A stretch of DNA of 64,000 nt from the NCBI RefSeq assembly GCF_009914755.1, contig NC_060927.1; one strand, written 5' to 3'. This DNA comes from the human T2T-CHM13v2.0 reference genome, Homo sapiens. The first letter of the stretch is position 1; each line of letters opens with the position of its first letter. Position numbers and translations under genes: made by a program. Shown piece after piece: positions 28,424 to 44,322 of this stretch. The notes below the pieces were generated by a model, which had not been told where the DNA came from, did not search any database, and was given only the letters and a program-made list of their open reading frames with translations.

Positions 28424-30313
28424 AGACTCTTTATAAATATTTTTCAAAGAACCAACTTTTGGCTTTAATTTTGTGTATTTTTTTTCTCTTTTCCATTGCC
28501 TTCAGCTCACATCTTCAATTAATTTCCTCCGTTTCTTCTCAATTTGGGTCTAATTATTTCTCTTTAACTTCTTGTGATGCTAGATGAACTCAAATGATTA
28601 ATTTTAAGCTTTCTTTTTCCCTTACATAAACAGCACAAAAGATGATGGGGGGCTTTAAATGAACTGTTACAAAGGTCTTACATTTTACATGAAATAATAC
28701 AATAGCATCTATAAATTACAATAAGGTAAAGATGCATATTCTGACCTCTAGAGCTTCCATTAAAAACAATAAGGCAAAGATTTATAGCTAATAAGTTAGA
28801 GCAACTGAATATTAAAATGTTTGGTAAACACAGTAAACAGCAAGAAAGGAAGAACAGCGAAACAAAAAACCAAATGAGAGAATAGAAAACAAATAGCAAA
28901 ATGGTGGTCCGAAATTTGACCAAAAATTACATGAGATATAAATGCATCAAACAGTCTAATGAAGTCAGAGATTGTCAGATTGGATAAAAGAGCCAGACCC
29001 AACTATATGCTGTCTAGAAGAAATACAGTTTACATACAAAGATATAAATAGGTTGACATCAAAAGATATACTATGTATATTGTAAGCCTATGAAAACTGA
29101 ACACTAGAATAGTTCCATAATTATACATGGAAAGTTCATCTAGACAGATCATATGATGTGCCATAAAACCAATCCCAAAAGATTGAAATCATACAAAGTA
29201 TGTTCTTTGACAATGAGGGAATTGGATTAAAAATCAATAACAAAATCTGCAAATATTTTGAAATTAAAAAACAACTCTTTTAACTGACTCATGGGTCAAA
29301 GGAGAAATCACAAAGGAAATTTAAATTTCTTCAAATAGAATGGTAATTGAAACCCAACACATCTACATTTGCAGACTCAAGGCAAAGCCCAGCTTAGAGG
29401 GAAATTTCTAGCTATAAAGTTGACAAATTCCTGCTGAGATTGACAGATTAAGCAAAAGAGAAGTGGTATAAGAGAAAAAAACTAAAAAATTACGAATGTC
29501 AGGGATGAAAGAGGGGATAGCTCCATAGATCCTACACATATCCAAGGATAATAAGGAACTACTGTGAACAACTTTTTGTCACTGACTTTTACAATTTAGA
29601 TGAAATGGGCAGATTCTTTGAAAACACAGGTAACTTACCAAAATTGGCCCAAGATGAAACAGAAAGTCTAAATAACCCTTAAGTCTGTCAAATAGCTTTA
29701 AGTTATTATTTAAAAATGTCTCCACGCTAAAGATTTGCCTTTTCAACACATGGTGCTAGAACAGGTGGACGTCTGTATGTCAAAAATTCAATCTTCACCC
29801 TTACCCGTCTCCCGCATATACAAAAACTGACTCAAAGTGTAAGATCTAAGCATAATAACTAAATCTGTAAAACATGGGAGAAAATCTTTGTGACTTTGGG
29901 TTAAGTAAAGATTTCTTAGATGGGAAATGTACGGAAAAGGAACCACCAAAATTGATAGCTTAAACTTCATCGAAATGTAAGACTTAAACACTTAAAAAGG
30001 CACTGTTTATGTTGTGAAGATGCCAGAAACTAAAACAAAAAATTTAAAAATACAAGCCATAGACCAGAGAAAATGTCTGCAAAGCATATATCTTGTAAAG
30101 GACTTGTACCTAGACTATCCGGTCTCACTACTTTTTAACATTATTCTAGAAGCCTCATTCAGTGCAACAAGTTAAAGGAATTAAAAGCCATAAGTACTAG
30201 AAAGCACGAAGTAAAATTGTCCTACTGGAAGACACATGATTTTTCATGTAAACAGACATAAGTATTCAATAAGAAAACTATAATAAGCAAGTTGGTCTCA
30301 GAATACAAGGTAA

Positions 30314-30612
<299 letters not shown>

Positions 30613-31303
30613 AATAAATCATTTTTATATCTTATAATAGTAAGAAACAGTTAAGAAAATGAAATTTTTAAAAGGTTATATTTACAGTAGTATCAAAAAG
30701 CGTAATATATTTAGGAATAAGTTTTTTTTTAACTTGTGCAAGATTTATATAATGAAAATTACAAAACATGGCAAGATAAATTAAGAACTAAATAAATGGA
30801 GAAATCACATTAATAGATTGTCAAGCTCAGTATTGTTAAGCTGTCAGTTACTGTGTAGATTCCCTCAGTCTCAAAATCACAGCAATCTTTTTGTAGTAAT
30901 TGACAAGGTAATACTAAAGTGTATATTGAAATGCAATAGCCAAAATGCATATTCAGATGCACAGCAAAAACAATCTCTTAAGAAAGCTAAAAGATTTACC
31001 TTACCTGATTTAAATACTTAATATAAAGCTACAGTAATTACAGTATGGTATTAACAAAGATGATAGTTCAATAGAATAAAATAGAGAGTTGAGAAGTAGA
31101 CCATTCATGTGTGGGTTTGTTGATTTTCAACCAAGTAACAAGTCAATTCAATGAAAAATTTAGTATTTTCTACAAATGATGCAGCAATTGGATATTCAAA
31201 TGAGAAAAACATGAAACTTAGCTTCTGCCTTATGCTGTACTCCAAAAAGTTTTGAAAACAAGTCATAGACCTAAATATAAAAGCTAAAATTACAAAACTT
31301 TTA

Positions 31304-31699
<396 letters not shown>

Positions 31700-31864
31700 T
31701 TAAAAATTGATAAATTACACTTTCTCAAAACTAAAAACTTCTGCTCATCAGGCTAAACATTTAAAGAAATGAACATACACGTTACAAACTGGGAGACAAT
31801 ATTTGCAAAACATGTATCTGACCAAAGACTTGTATCCTGAGTATATAATATATATGTGCATGTG

Positions 31865-31867
<3 letters not shown>

Positions 31868-31895
<28 letters not shown>
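31868..31895 (+). repeat. (AC)14 microsatellite
   Basis: Pure AC run. Confidence 0.95.
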
Positions 31896-33594
31896 CTGCC
31901 TACAAGTCAACAATGAAAAGAGAAGCTAATTAAAAAAAATGGGCAAAAGGTGGAAGGTAACCACCTTTTGTCATCTTTTCAGCTGAAAATTACAAAACAC
32001 TGAGGAAAGAAATCAAAGATCTAAATAAATGGAACAATATATCATGTTCATGGGTTGAAAGATTCGTACGGTAAAGATGCCAGATTTCCCAAATCGATTA
32101 ATAGGTATAATGCAATTTCTATAAAAATCTCAGCAAGTTTTTTTGTAGAAGTAGAAAATTTATTCTGAAATTTAGATAGAAAAGCAAAGGAACAGTTTTG
32201 AAAATGAAAAATAAAGTGAGAAGAATTGCTATTGATGTTAAGTGTTACTATATAAGCTACAGTAATCAAGACAATTTGGTGTTGGTTAAAGAATAGATAC
32301 ATAGATCAGTGTTACACAATAGAGAACCCCAGAACAGACCAACACTAATAGGCCCAATTGATTTTTGGCAACAGCACAAAAGCAATACAATAGAGGAAGT
32401 GTAATCTTTTTCAACAAATGGTGCTAGAACAATTGGATATCCATAGCAAAACAAACAAACCCAAACCCCCACTGTATGTAAAAATTAATTCAATTAGAGT
32501 ATAGATTTAATGTAAAACAAACTTTTAGAAGAAAACAGAATCTTCAGGACTTAGTGTTAGACAAAGAGCTAGAAGACATGACACTAAAAGCATAATTCCT
32601 AAATCAAAAAAATTAATAAGTTGTAGTTAATCAAAGTTAAACACTTTGGTGCTGTGAAAGACCCTCTTAAAAGGATGAAAAGACAAGCTACAGACTGGGG
32701 AAAAATATTTGCAAACCACAAATCTTCCAGAGGCTTTATGTTTAGAAACATAAAGAACTCTCAAACTCAATAGTAATTCAGTGATCCAGTTAGAAAATGA
32801 GCAAAAGGCATACTTCATATTTCACCACATGCATAATACATATTTCACCAGAGAAAAGCTGCAGATTACAAATAAGCACATGAAAAGATATTCAGCATCA
32901 TTACCTGTTAGAGAGAAGCAAATTAGAACCACATTGGGATATCACCACACCCATTAGAATAGTTAAAATAGTGATAATACCAAATGGCTAGGAGGTGGAG
33001 AGACTGAATCTCTTATATGTTGTTGATTGGGAATTAAAAATAGTATACCCACTCTGGAAGATAGTTTGGGAGTTTCTTACAAAACTAAACATGTTTACCA
33101 TATGACCCAGCAGTTGCACTCTTGGGCATTTAACTCAGAGAAATGAATTTTATGCTGACACAAAACCTCAAGCAGAAATGTACATAGCCACTTTATTTGT
33201 TACAGCAAAAAACTGGAAACAGCCTAATGTCCTAGAAATCTTTATTGAGCTTTTTTGTGTATCTGTTGCTGTAGTAGGTTTTCTGAGATGTAATTCCATC
33301 TCTTTTTGGAGATTTCAATCAAGTTGGAAGTTAAAACTAATACACAGTAAAAAAATTAGGTAATAGGAGCTGTGGTACTAGTTTTAAATTTAAATAAGGG
33401 AAAGTTGAATGTAAACCAATGTAATTAGGACAGACTTTAGGAAGGAGATGGATTTTGAGTTAAATTTTGAAAAATAGGTTAGTAATGTAGGGAAAAAGGA
33501 GAATATGTCTGATGAGGGTAGACATGAGCAAGAAAGATGGAAATAAACCAGGCATTTTGTTGCCACAAGGAGACATGACTAGTTTAGTGAAAAG

Positions 33595-33770
33595 AGGTCA
33601 AAATTTAGACTCAGACAGATGTAGATTTGAATGTCATATCCCTTCCTTACTAGCTCTATGGGGCTTTAGACCAGTTGTTTTCTTCTCTTGATCCGGGTGT
33701 TCTCATGTATAAAAATGCGAGCAGTACTATAGGTGAAGTGCTGAATACTATGCCTAATACATAATAACCA
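33595..33770 (+). mobile_element. MIR
   Basis: cagacagatgtagatttgaat..ttactagct..ttctcatgtataaaaatg. Confidence 0.65.
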
Positions 33771-34239
33771 AACGAAAGCCAGTTCCTTTCTTACATTCCT
33801 TATTTACTGTCACAGCAGAATATATAGAGTTTACATTGGAACATGGTGGAATATCAGCTTACTCCATAGTTAAGATTAGGTTCAATTATGAAAGGCCTAG
33901 GGAGAAAAATCAGAATTCAGGCATTTTTCAGTCTTTTAAAGAGTTTTTACAAAGCTTGTGATTCACATTTTCCCTCAATATTTGTTGGATGTGAGAGTTC
34001 ATTATAATAACATAACTTGTTTTGCATACATTTGAATTTATAATGATGAGTTCCTTTAATTGTATTAATATGTTTTTAAACTTAAAGACATGTGGCATTA
34101 AGCTTACCTAATAAAGAGAAGAGGGATTCTGAAGTCAATTCCTGACATGTGTGATTTTGGGATATTTACAGAATTATTTTTGGGCTTTGATCTTTGTCAG
34201 TTAAAAAGTATATAATAATTTCCCCTTTACAGGGTTTTT

Positions 34240-34545
34240 GTTTGTTTGTTTGTTTTTTCGAGACAGAGTCTCGCTCTGTCGCCCAGGCTAGAGTGCAGTG
34301 GCACGATCTCGCCTCACTGCAAGCTCTGCCTCCCGAGTTCATGCCATTCTCCTGCCTCAGCCTCCTGAGTAGCTGGGAATACAGGCGCCCGTCACCACGC
34401 CCAGCTAATTTTTTTTGTATTTTTAGTAGAGATGGGGTTTCATCGTGTTAACCAGGATGGTCTCAATCTCCTGATCTCGTGATCCACCCGCCTCGGTCTC
34501 CCAAAGTGCTGGGATTACAGGCGTAGTGAGCCACCACACCCAGCC
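34240..34545 (-). mobile_element. AluY
   Basis: ctgcaagctc..ttcatgccattctcc; TSD cagggttttt. Confidence 0.93.
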
Positions 34546-34974
34546 AGGGTTTTCATATAGATTAGGTAAGGTAGTAGATGTGACAAACATTTTATAAAAT
34601 TTTAATGCTATACAAATGCTATTTTTAGCTATTACACTTAAGGTGGGTGCTGAAAATGTAAAAAAAAAAAAAACTTAGAATAATTACTTATGGCAAAAAT
34701 AACTGACTAAAACCGTCATTTACTGTAAACATTTTTAATGGTAACATGGCTATATTAAATAGGCTTGTAACCTGTGTGCACTGGTTCTTTTATTGCTAAT
34801 AAATAAATTCTATTTAACAGTTATTTCTTGAAAACAAAAGCTGTGTATTTTAAAATAGTTACAGTAATACCCTCTATGTTTTAATATCTTCTCTAATACA
34901 AGTACTAATTTTCAAGCAAATGAATATAGTAATACATGATTTGTATGTTTTATATTCTCTTTTTCTTCCTTAAG

Positions 34975-35125
34975 GTCAATGAATACATTTTTGATAATTT
35001 ATCTAGTAATTCTTATATCTGAAGCTGTCATCAGCACTATCTTGAAGTATACATGGCAAGCTGAAGAAAAATGGGATGAACCTTGGTATAACCAAAAAAC
35101 AGAACATCAAAGAAATAGCAGTAAG
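34975..35125 (+). CDS. ATP11B: ATP11B coding exon (~11), 151 nt, TM3
   Basis: cttaag|...AAG|gtattt; (K)SMNTFLIIYLVILISEAVISTILKYTWQAEEKWDEPWYNQKTEHQRNSSK. Confidence 0.95.
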
Positions 35126-36258
35126 GTATTTTATGGTGTTATTGACTGTGTCATAAAGGAAACTATTACTTGGCACGATTAGTGCTTTGGTAGTGACTTC
35201 TGATTGGAGAGACCACTGTAATCCTAAAACTGTTGGTACTGAAGGGTGACAGAAATGGCATTGCAAATGCAGAGAAGCCAGCGTGTTTGTACTGATACGC
35301 TTTTTGTAGTTTACGGCATAAAAAGTTGTATTCCCTGTGGCATGACTTGAATAGTTCAAAGAGGTCACAAAATTTTAAATCCATCTATATTTGCATTTCA
35401 CATTAATACTACAAACTCAATTTTCTCTTCCACTTACTGTGTCTTATAAATGAATCAAAGAGTAAATGGATGTATTTTTAATTTTGTCTTAATAATTCAA
35501 GGATGCTTGTTATCAGTCTTAATATGAAGTAATATGCAAATTATGTCATATATTTTAAATTGATTAAACATGGACTACCAAGAGAATTTAACCTATAATT
35601 TTGGTAAATAATTGTTCTCCAAATTTCACTTTAGATTAAAATCTTTGTATTGGAAGACAAATTTGGATCTCAAGAAACTACAAAGCAAATAATCACAGGG
35701 TCGTATTTTTAATATCATTCACAATTAGGTACATTTCCTTTCACCAATGCATATTGAAATATGGAGCCGCTAAAGCCGTTAAAGTAGGCTATTCCTATAT
35801 AATCTGCACTTAAGAGTTTTAATTTCTGGCACTTTTAACCTCGCAGTTATTTTATAACTTTGTAAAGTTACACTCAACTTTTAGTAGTTATCTGATTTTG
35901 AAGGGTAATAGTAGAATGGGATAAATACACTGCAGATATTATAATTATAATTTTGCCAAAGGTAGTTTCAGTCATACCAGGCTTTTTGTTAGCTTCTGAA
36001 AGTAACGAATTAAGTTACTTGAATTTAACCTTTTCATCATTTACTTTATCAAGATTCTAATGAGCAATAAAATAACCAGAGGAAATGTAATGTTAAAAAG
36101 ACAATTCAATAAATGAATTTCAATTCATGAGACTATTCTACCTCAGAATATAGTTGATGGTCTATGTAGGCATGAAACTTTCTGGTAATTTTCATCAGTA
36201 ATACTGAAGAAATTCTAGTTTATTTTTTCTTATCAAACAATTATTTCCTTTTTTCTAG

Positions 36259-36456
36259 ATTCTGAGATTTATTTCAGACTTCCTTGCTTTTTTGGTTCTC
36301 TACAATTTCATCATTCCAATTTCATTATATGTGACAGTCGAAATGCAGAAATTTCTTGGATCATTTTTTATTGGCTGGGATCTTGATCTGTATCATGAAG
36401 AATCAGATCAGAAAGCTCAAGTCAATACTTCCGATCTGAATGAAGAGCTTGGACAG
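36259..36456 (+). CDS. ATP11B: ATP11B coding exon (~12), 198 nt, TM4 with PISL
   Basis: ttctag|...CAG|gtgaaa; [32 protein letters not shown]...[11 protein letters not shown]. Confidence 0.97.
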
Positions 36457-38034
36457 GTGAAAATGATCCTAATATTTTGTTTCTCTAATTTGTTATTTTT
36501 ATCAAAGCAATACATGGACAAAGATTAATGTAACAAGGTATTATGATGCTTATACCAAAAACAACCCCCCTTTGCTCCACTCCTAGCTGTTCCCAATTTT
36601 TAAACCCTAAGTTGTTTCTTTTGTTATTTACCACTATATTTCTATTTGATATTCTTTCTTATTCTTAAGTTTTAGACATTATCTACTATGGAATATAAAG
36701 ACATAACTCTTACACTACTCTTCCCAGACACATATCCCTTTGCTTCTCCATAGCCCCCTAATACTATCATATCACAATTTGGGATTTAATAAATATTTTT
36801 ATTAACATTATTATGATTGTTTTAATATTGTTCACTAATTCCCGGTTCTATAGGTGTGTCCTGTAATACCATAATTACATTTCCCTTCTTATATATTTTG
36901 TTTTCCCAAGAGTTATTTGCTCTGTTTTTTCATTTCCTCAATTTCCATGTGCCACAAACAAGTCTCTGATAATATGTGCAGCATCTGTCTATATATTCAA
37001 ACATACCAGGTAATCTAGAAGTTCCTTTCTTCCTCCCTGCCTTCCTTTTTTTTTTTTTGGTAGCAATGTTTTTGGAGGCTTCCACCTTTCTGCTCCGATT
37101 GGATTATTCTTTACTCTTTCTGGGCTTGCTTCTCAGCTGTCACTCTGGACTTCACTTTACCATCACCCTGGAAATTCCTTTGCCTCTCTCCTGTTTTGGA
37201 TCTCCTCTTTCTTGCATCCCATGTCTTCCTACCTGTGGCTTATTCTCTTTTGGTGCTGTACATCTTCTAATAACTTCCTGAGAAAGGATGTATCAGAGGA
37301 TAATGTTTTGAAACTTGGCATGTCTGAAAATATCTTTATTCTCTTTTCACACTTGATTAATAATTTAGCTGTTATTGCATTGCAGATTGAAATCTTCAGA
37401 AATTTGAAGGGATTTTATTGTTTTCTAGCCTCCAGTGTTGCTGTTAGAGAAATCCAGTTCCATTCTGATTCCCAATTCTTTATGTATGATCTGTTGTTTT
37501 ATCTCTGGAAGCTTTAGGATCTCCTTATGCAATAGTTCTGAAATTCATGATGGTGTACCTTGGTGTTCGTTTTTCCTTTTTTATTTTTTGTTTCATGGGC
37601 AATTAACTCTGTGAGTCTTTTCATCCTGGAAATACATGTCTTTCAATTCTAGGAAATTTTCTTGTACTATTGTTTTGATAACATGTCTTTCTATGTTTCT
37701 CTTGTTTTGAAACTTACTATTTGCATGTCCTACCACTTATATTGACCCTTTAATTCTCTGACTTCAATTTTCAGTTTTTATTTATTTGTTTTTATATTCT
37801 ACTTTCTGGTAGAATGCCTCTGATTTATCTTTTCAGTATCTTTTGATTTATTTCTGCTATAATATTTTTAATTTCTAATATTTTGGTATTCTCTGGATAG
37901 TTTTTTAAAATTGCCTCTTATCCCATTTCTTGAACATAATCTATTCTTTTACCTCCCCGAGGATATTAATGACAGTCAATTGAAGTCTTCTTCTGCTCCC
38001 TCTATTATCTTTGCTTGTAGTGCATTTTCCAGAA

Positions 38035-38838
<804 letters not shown>

Positions 38839-38930
38839 ATAATTTGTTTCAGATTCTACCTTTTATGTAAGGAGTGATCCTCAAATGGATGCTAATCTTT
38901 GGCTATCATTTCAAATTTAAAAGTACTCTA

Positions 38931-39410
<480 letters not shown>

Positions 39411-40007
39411 CTAATATGCTTATCAGAAGCTATTGATTCAGTGGGCCACACCTTAAGGTAATGAGCTGACAGGCCCAGCAGGTAATATTTCTGCTGCTTA
39501 TGGCTGCTAGAGCTGGCCATTGGATACCTGTTTTTAGTGCACTGCCTCCCTTCTGTGTTCAGCTGTCTGCGGAGACCAGATTCTGTCCGGTTCAGCCTAC
39601 TAGGGGAATACACCTTCCAGCTGTTGCTCCAATAAATGAGGGGCGTTCTGAAGTTTGCAACTTTTAAAGAGATTTCAGAATTTAAACTACTCCTGATAGC
39701 TTGTATTTTCAGCCTCATCCTGTACTCCCACATTCAGGGGTAGCTGGTAGGTCTACTTCCTGAGCGTTTCTGAGAATGGGTTTTCTCATCACTTGGGTTT
39801 CAGATTCTAAGTTCTGGTACATCAGTTACCACTCATTCATCTCCTTTTCCATCTTCCAAACTTGTGTCAATCTTCCCTCTCATGCTGACTTTTTTACCAT
39901 TATTTTTGTTCTTTTTCTGTTTTTTTTTTTATCCTCATGGTGAAGTTTTAAGAGAACCAGAGATAATTAAATGTGCTCAACCTGTCATGTTTAACCACAA
40001 GTTGATC

Positions 40008-40304
40008 CATTTATTTATTTATTTATTTATTTTTGAGACAGAGTCTCACTCTGTCTCCCAGGCTGGAGTGCAGTGGTGCAATCTCGGCTCACTGCAAGCT
40101 CCGCCTCCTGGGTTCACGCCATTCTCCTGCCTCAGCCTCTCCGAGTAGTTGGGACTACAGGCACCCGCCACCACACCTGGCTAATTTTTTGTATTTTTAG
40201 TAGAGATGGGGTTTCACCGTGGTCTCGATCTCCTGACCTCGTGATCCACCCGCCTCGGCCTCCCAAAGTGCTGGGATTACAAGCATGAGCCACCGCGCCT
40301 GGCC
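40008..40304 (-). mobile_element. AluY of the Yd lineage (12-bp left-arm deletion)
   Basis: caccgtggtctcg (12-bp deletion), gcttgtaatc and ctcggagaggct diagnostics on the minus strand; TSD atccatttattt. Confidence 0.85.
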
Positions 40305-41254
40305 AATCCATTTATTTTTAGTAACATTTAGGAGGCCTTAATAATTTATGTTAAATATTAATTCATGTCACATTTCTTTAATTACATATTATATATGTAA
40401 GGCCTAAAGGCCCATTTTTACTTTTCTGAATAAATTTTTCCAATCTGCCTTTGACCTTTCTTTCTCAACTCTCTTCCCCTCCTTTTTTCTTCATGATAGA
40501 ATTTTTGTTTTCCTGGAACCTCACATTGTGTATGCATACTCATGTCTGCTTTGTCTTTAAGAAACTTCTGGTGATTATTTCTTTAATTACTGATTTTCTC
40601 AGCCTCTCTTTTTGCTTTTGAAACTACAAGTATTTAATATATGTTTACTGCCTCTATTCCTATTTTGTCTTTTACCAATGAAATCTACTTTATTTCATAT
40701 TCTTCTGTGCTCTTTCATTTCCATATTATCCAAAAAACAACTCTTAGGAAGGTTTACAGTGATGACCTGTTTATCATGAAAGTTAAAAGATTAAACTTCT
40801 TGATTTTATATATATATATATACTTTTAAATCAAAGTTAATTTATTTTATCCATCCCTACCATCTAATCTTTTTTCTAAAGAATCCTCCATGACTGATAG
40901 TGCAGTCTGTATTCTAGTAACCTCTGAGTATTATTTCTGTTTGATTGCTAATGTATCTTATATATTTTCTTTATAACTCATCCCTCATTCTTCCTGATCT
41001 ACATGTGTGGGCTTTTTTTAATTAACTTGCATGGGGTCTTTAAATTCCAGTTCAACATTGCTATAAATACTGGGCAACATTTAATATCAAATAGTAAAGG
41101 TAAAGTATTCTATCTCTTATTTCCAGTTTCACCATTTATTTGCTTTTTGACTTTAGGTAAGTTAAGTAATTTTTTGCCAAATTTAACCCTACCTTTCTTT
41201 TTGGATATCGATCTTTTTATCCTGGAATTGTGCTGAACTTATATATTCTATTTT

Positions 41255-41810
41255 TTTTAGTCAGTTTTTTAGAATTTTCTGTATACAAGGTCATATCATG
41301 TGCAAATGGAGATAGTTTTACCTCTTGTTTTCCAATCATGTTAACTTTTATTTCCCTTTTCTTGCCTAATTGTCATGGCTAGAACCTTAAGTACAATGTT
41401 GAGTAAAAGTGACAAAAGCAGTCTTATTCCTGATCTTAGGAAGACAGCATTCAGTCTCTCTCCATAAGGTACGATGTTAACTGTGAGTTTTTTATAGATA
41501 CCCTTTATCAGGCTGAGGAAGTTCCTTTTTATTCCAGTTTGTTGAACGCCTTTATCATGAAGGGTATTGGATTTTTATCAAATGCTTTTTCTGTACCTAT
41601 TTTGGTGGTTATTTTATCAATAAAATGAAGGCCAGGTACCATTTTATTAATATGATGGATTACATTAATTTTTTTAAGTGTTGAGTCAATCTTGCAATTC
41701 TGGGATAAATCCCACATATTTGTAGTATATAACCCTTTTTATATGTTTCTGGATTTGATTTGCATCTCTTTATAAGGGATGTTGATCTGTAGCTTCTTTT
41801 CTTGTGATTT
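41255..41810 (-). mobile_element. L1M ORF2 fragment
   Basis: ggctagaaccttaagtacaatgttga..gaggaagttcc..gattttatcaaatgctttttctg. Confidence 0.85.
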
Positions 41811-42556
41811 CTACATCCCTTTTTAAAGGACTTCTTTCTCAAGTCATTATTGCAGTAATCAGATTTTCATGATGATCCTGGTTGGATCAAGACTTGACTA
41901 TTACATCCTTCTTTTTTCATGGACATACCTTCTTTTAAAGTACTTTTTCTGGAATTAGTCTTCAAAAGTAATAAAATAATTTGTCTTACTTACTTTTAAA
42001 AATATGTTTTTTTCTTTTAAACATCGATTTTTTTCACTAAATTTGTTTTCTGTCCTCAGTTTCAACTTCTCTCTGTTTTAGACAATTCGCACCTCTAACT
42101 TCTTGTGTTGCTGTCACTATCACTGTGTATTCCTATTCCTAGCTCTGCACTATTTCTCCTCACTCGGATACCCTTTCCCATTCTACATTATTAAGCATCC
42201 TTTCCACCCTGCTTTAGAGATAATTCTTAGAGTCCTACTACTTAAAATACCTTAGCCAAGAAAAAGAAAAGAAGCATTAATACCAAATTCTCGTCAATTC
42301 TACAGATAAACATGTACGTAAAGATGCCACAAACTTCAAAATCTATGTAGCTTTAAACTATTTTGTGTTACCCTGTTTTCTTTCCTTGGCATCTATATTT
42401 ATTTAATTGTGCTTGGATTATAAGAATCTCAGCATCCATATATCAATATTAATAGATAAACTGGACTTCAGGAGAGCGAGGACAGAGATTTTTTTCTTGT
42501 TTAACATAGGACCATGAACACAAAGGTTTATTTTCTTTTGTTTTCTATCTCTATAG

Positions 42557-42799
42557 GTAGAGTACGTGTTTACAGATAAAACTGGTACACTGACAGAAAA
42601 TGAGATGCAGTTTCGGGAATGTTCAATTAATGGCATGAAATACCAAGAAATTAATGGTAGACTTGTACCCGAAGGACCAACACCAGACTCTTCAGAAGGA
42701 AACTTATCTTATCTTAGTAGTTTATCCCATCTTAACAACTTATCCCATCTTACAACCAGTTCCTCTTTCAGAACCAGTCCTGAAAATGAAACTGAACTA
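42557..42799 (+). CDS. ATP11B: ATP11B coding exon (~13), 243 nt, phosphorylation site DKTGT
   Basis: ctatag|...CTA|gtaagt; [26 protein letters not shown]...SPENETEL. Confidence 0.98.
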
Positions 42800-43363
42800 G
42801 TAAGTAATTTTTAAATTAATAAATAAGGGTTTCATATGAAATAATTCTCTTCAGTAGTTGATGAGTTGCAGGAAAAAAAGTTTGTGTCAGTAGAGCAAGG
42901 AATATACATTTGAAATTCATATATTTGATTCAACAATATAAAATATAATCCTAAGAATTTGTTGTTACAGCCCAGTTTAACTTGTTATTTAATACGTGTC
43001 TGCCTTAGCTCTTTGAGTATTTAAATGGAACGTAGTTAAGCCCTTACTGCCTTGAAGTGAAGAAGACTTTCTTTGAAAAATAGAGCTTAAATTTATTTAA
43101 TACTTTTTGAGACCTCACTTCTTCTATAAAAAAGTGTTCCCCTCTACTTGCAATGTGGTTGTACCTCCTAAAAAGATGCTCACGTGTTGAAGGGTCCTAA
43201 GCAAATGTGACATTTTACTTTTTGAAGGCAGAAACAACCAACTGTTATTCAGGCAATCAAGGTTGTAGCACTCTTGTTCTAGATCTTAGAATTTTGCCTC
43301 TGGTTTCCTAAATGGTATGTGGAAATGATATTTTTATCATGAATATTAATTACATTTTTACAG

Positions 43364-43539
43364 ATTAAAGAACATGATCTCTTCTTTAAAGCAGTCAGTC
43401 TCTGTCACACTGTACAGATTAGCAATGTTCAAACTGACTGCACTGGTGATGGTCCCTGGCAATCCAACCTGGCACCATCGCAGTTGGAGTACTATGCATC
43501 TTCACCAGATGAAAAGGCTCTAGTAGAAGCTGCTGCAAG
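43364..43539 (+). CDS. ATP11B: ATP11B coding exon (~14), 176 nt, N domain
   Basis: ttacag|...AAG|gtaatt; IKEHDLFFKAVSLCHTVQ...YYASSPDEKALVEAAA(R). Confidence 0.97.
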
Positions 43540-43867
43540 GTAATTTAGTCTGATTTCCAAATCTTCGGAAAAACACCATTTAAATAAATGTAACAATATT
43601 AGAATCATCATTTAAAATTTTCAAACATAAATTCGTCATTTTAAGTTGTCAGAATTCATATAAATACATAAAAATAGAAGTACAATTTAAATTTTAAATG
43701 ACAATTTGAAGTCATTTTATTATCAAGCTTGCATTGAGTCTTTTTTTAAGATCTCTTTGAAAATCTGATTACTATAAAAATCTGTGTAATAGAATTTATT
43801 AAAAATGCTTGTGCATATGTTGTACTACACCTACTCTGATCCTTCTAATCCTTCTAGTCCTTAAAAG

Positions 43868-44026
43868 TATATATATATGTTTGTGTATGTGTATATATAT
43901 TTATATATTTTTATATACATTTTATAAAAATATGTAAGTAATAAATAAAAATTATATATAACATATATAAATAAAAATATATATTAAAAAGAATATATAA
44001 GAATATATATAAAATATATACATATA
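43868..44026. repeat. AT-rich (TA)n low-complexity tract
   Basis: Nearly pure A/T with repeated tata units. Confidence 0.85.
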
Positions 44027-44322
44027 TTTTTTTTCTTTTTTTGAGATGGAATCTCACTCTGTCACCCAGGCTGGAGTGCAGTGGTGTGATCTCAGCTCAA
44101 TGCAGCCTCTGGGGTTCAAGCCATTCTCCTGACCCAGACACCTGAGTAGCTGGGACTGACTACAGGCACAGGGCACCACACCTGGCTAATTTTTGTATTT
44201 TTAGTAGAGATTGGGTTTCGCCATGTTAGCCAGACTGGACTTGAACTCCTACCCTCAGGTGATCAACCCGCTTTGGCCTCCCGAAGTGCTGGGATGACAG
44301 GCATGAGCCACCACTCCTGGCA
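44027..44322 (-). mobile_element. AluS (diverged)
   Basis: Reverse-complement dimeric Alu. Confidence 0.9.

Noticed and set aside
35170-35320. Small cluster of CpGs and a 7-bp stem (agcgtgt/atacgct) downstream of the TM3 exon
   Set aside because: Too short for a CpG island or structured RNA; would need conservation data
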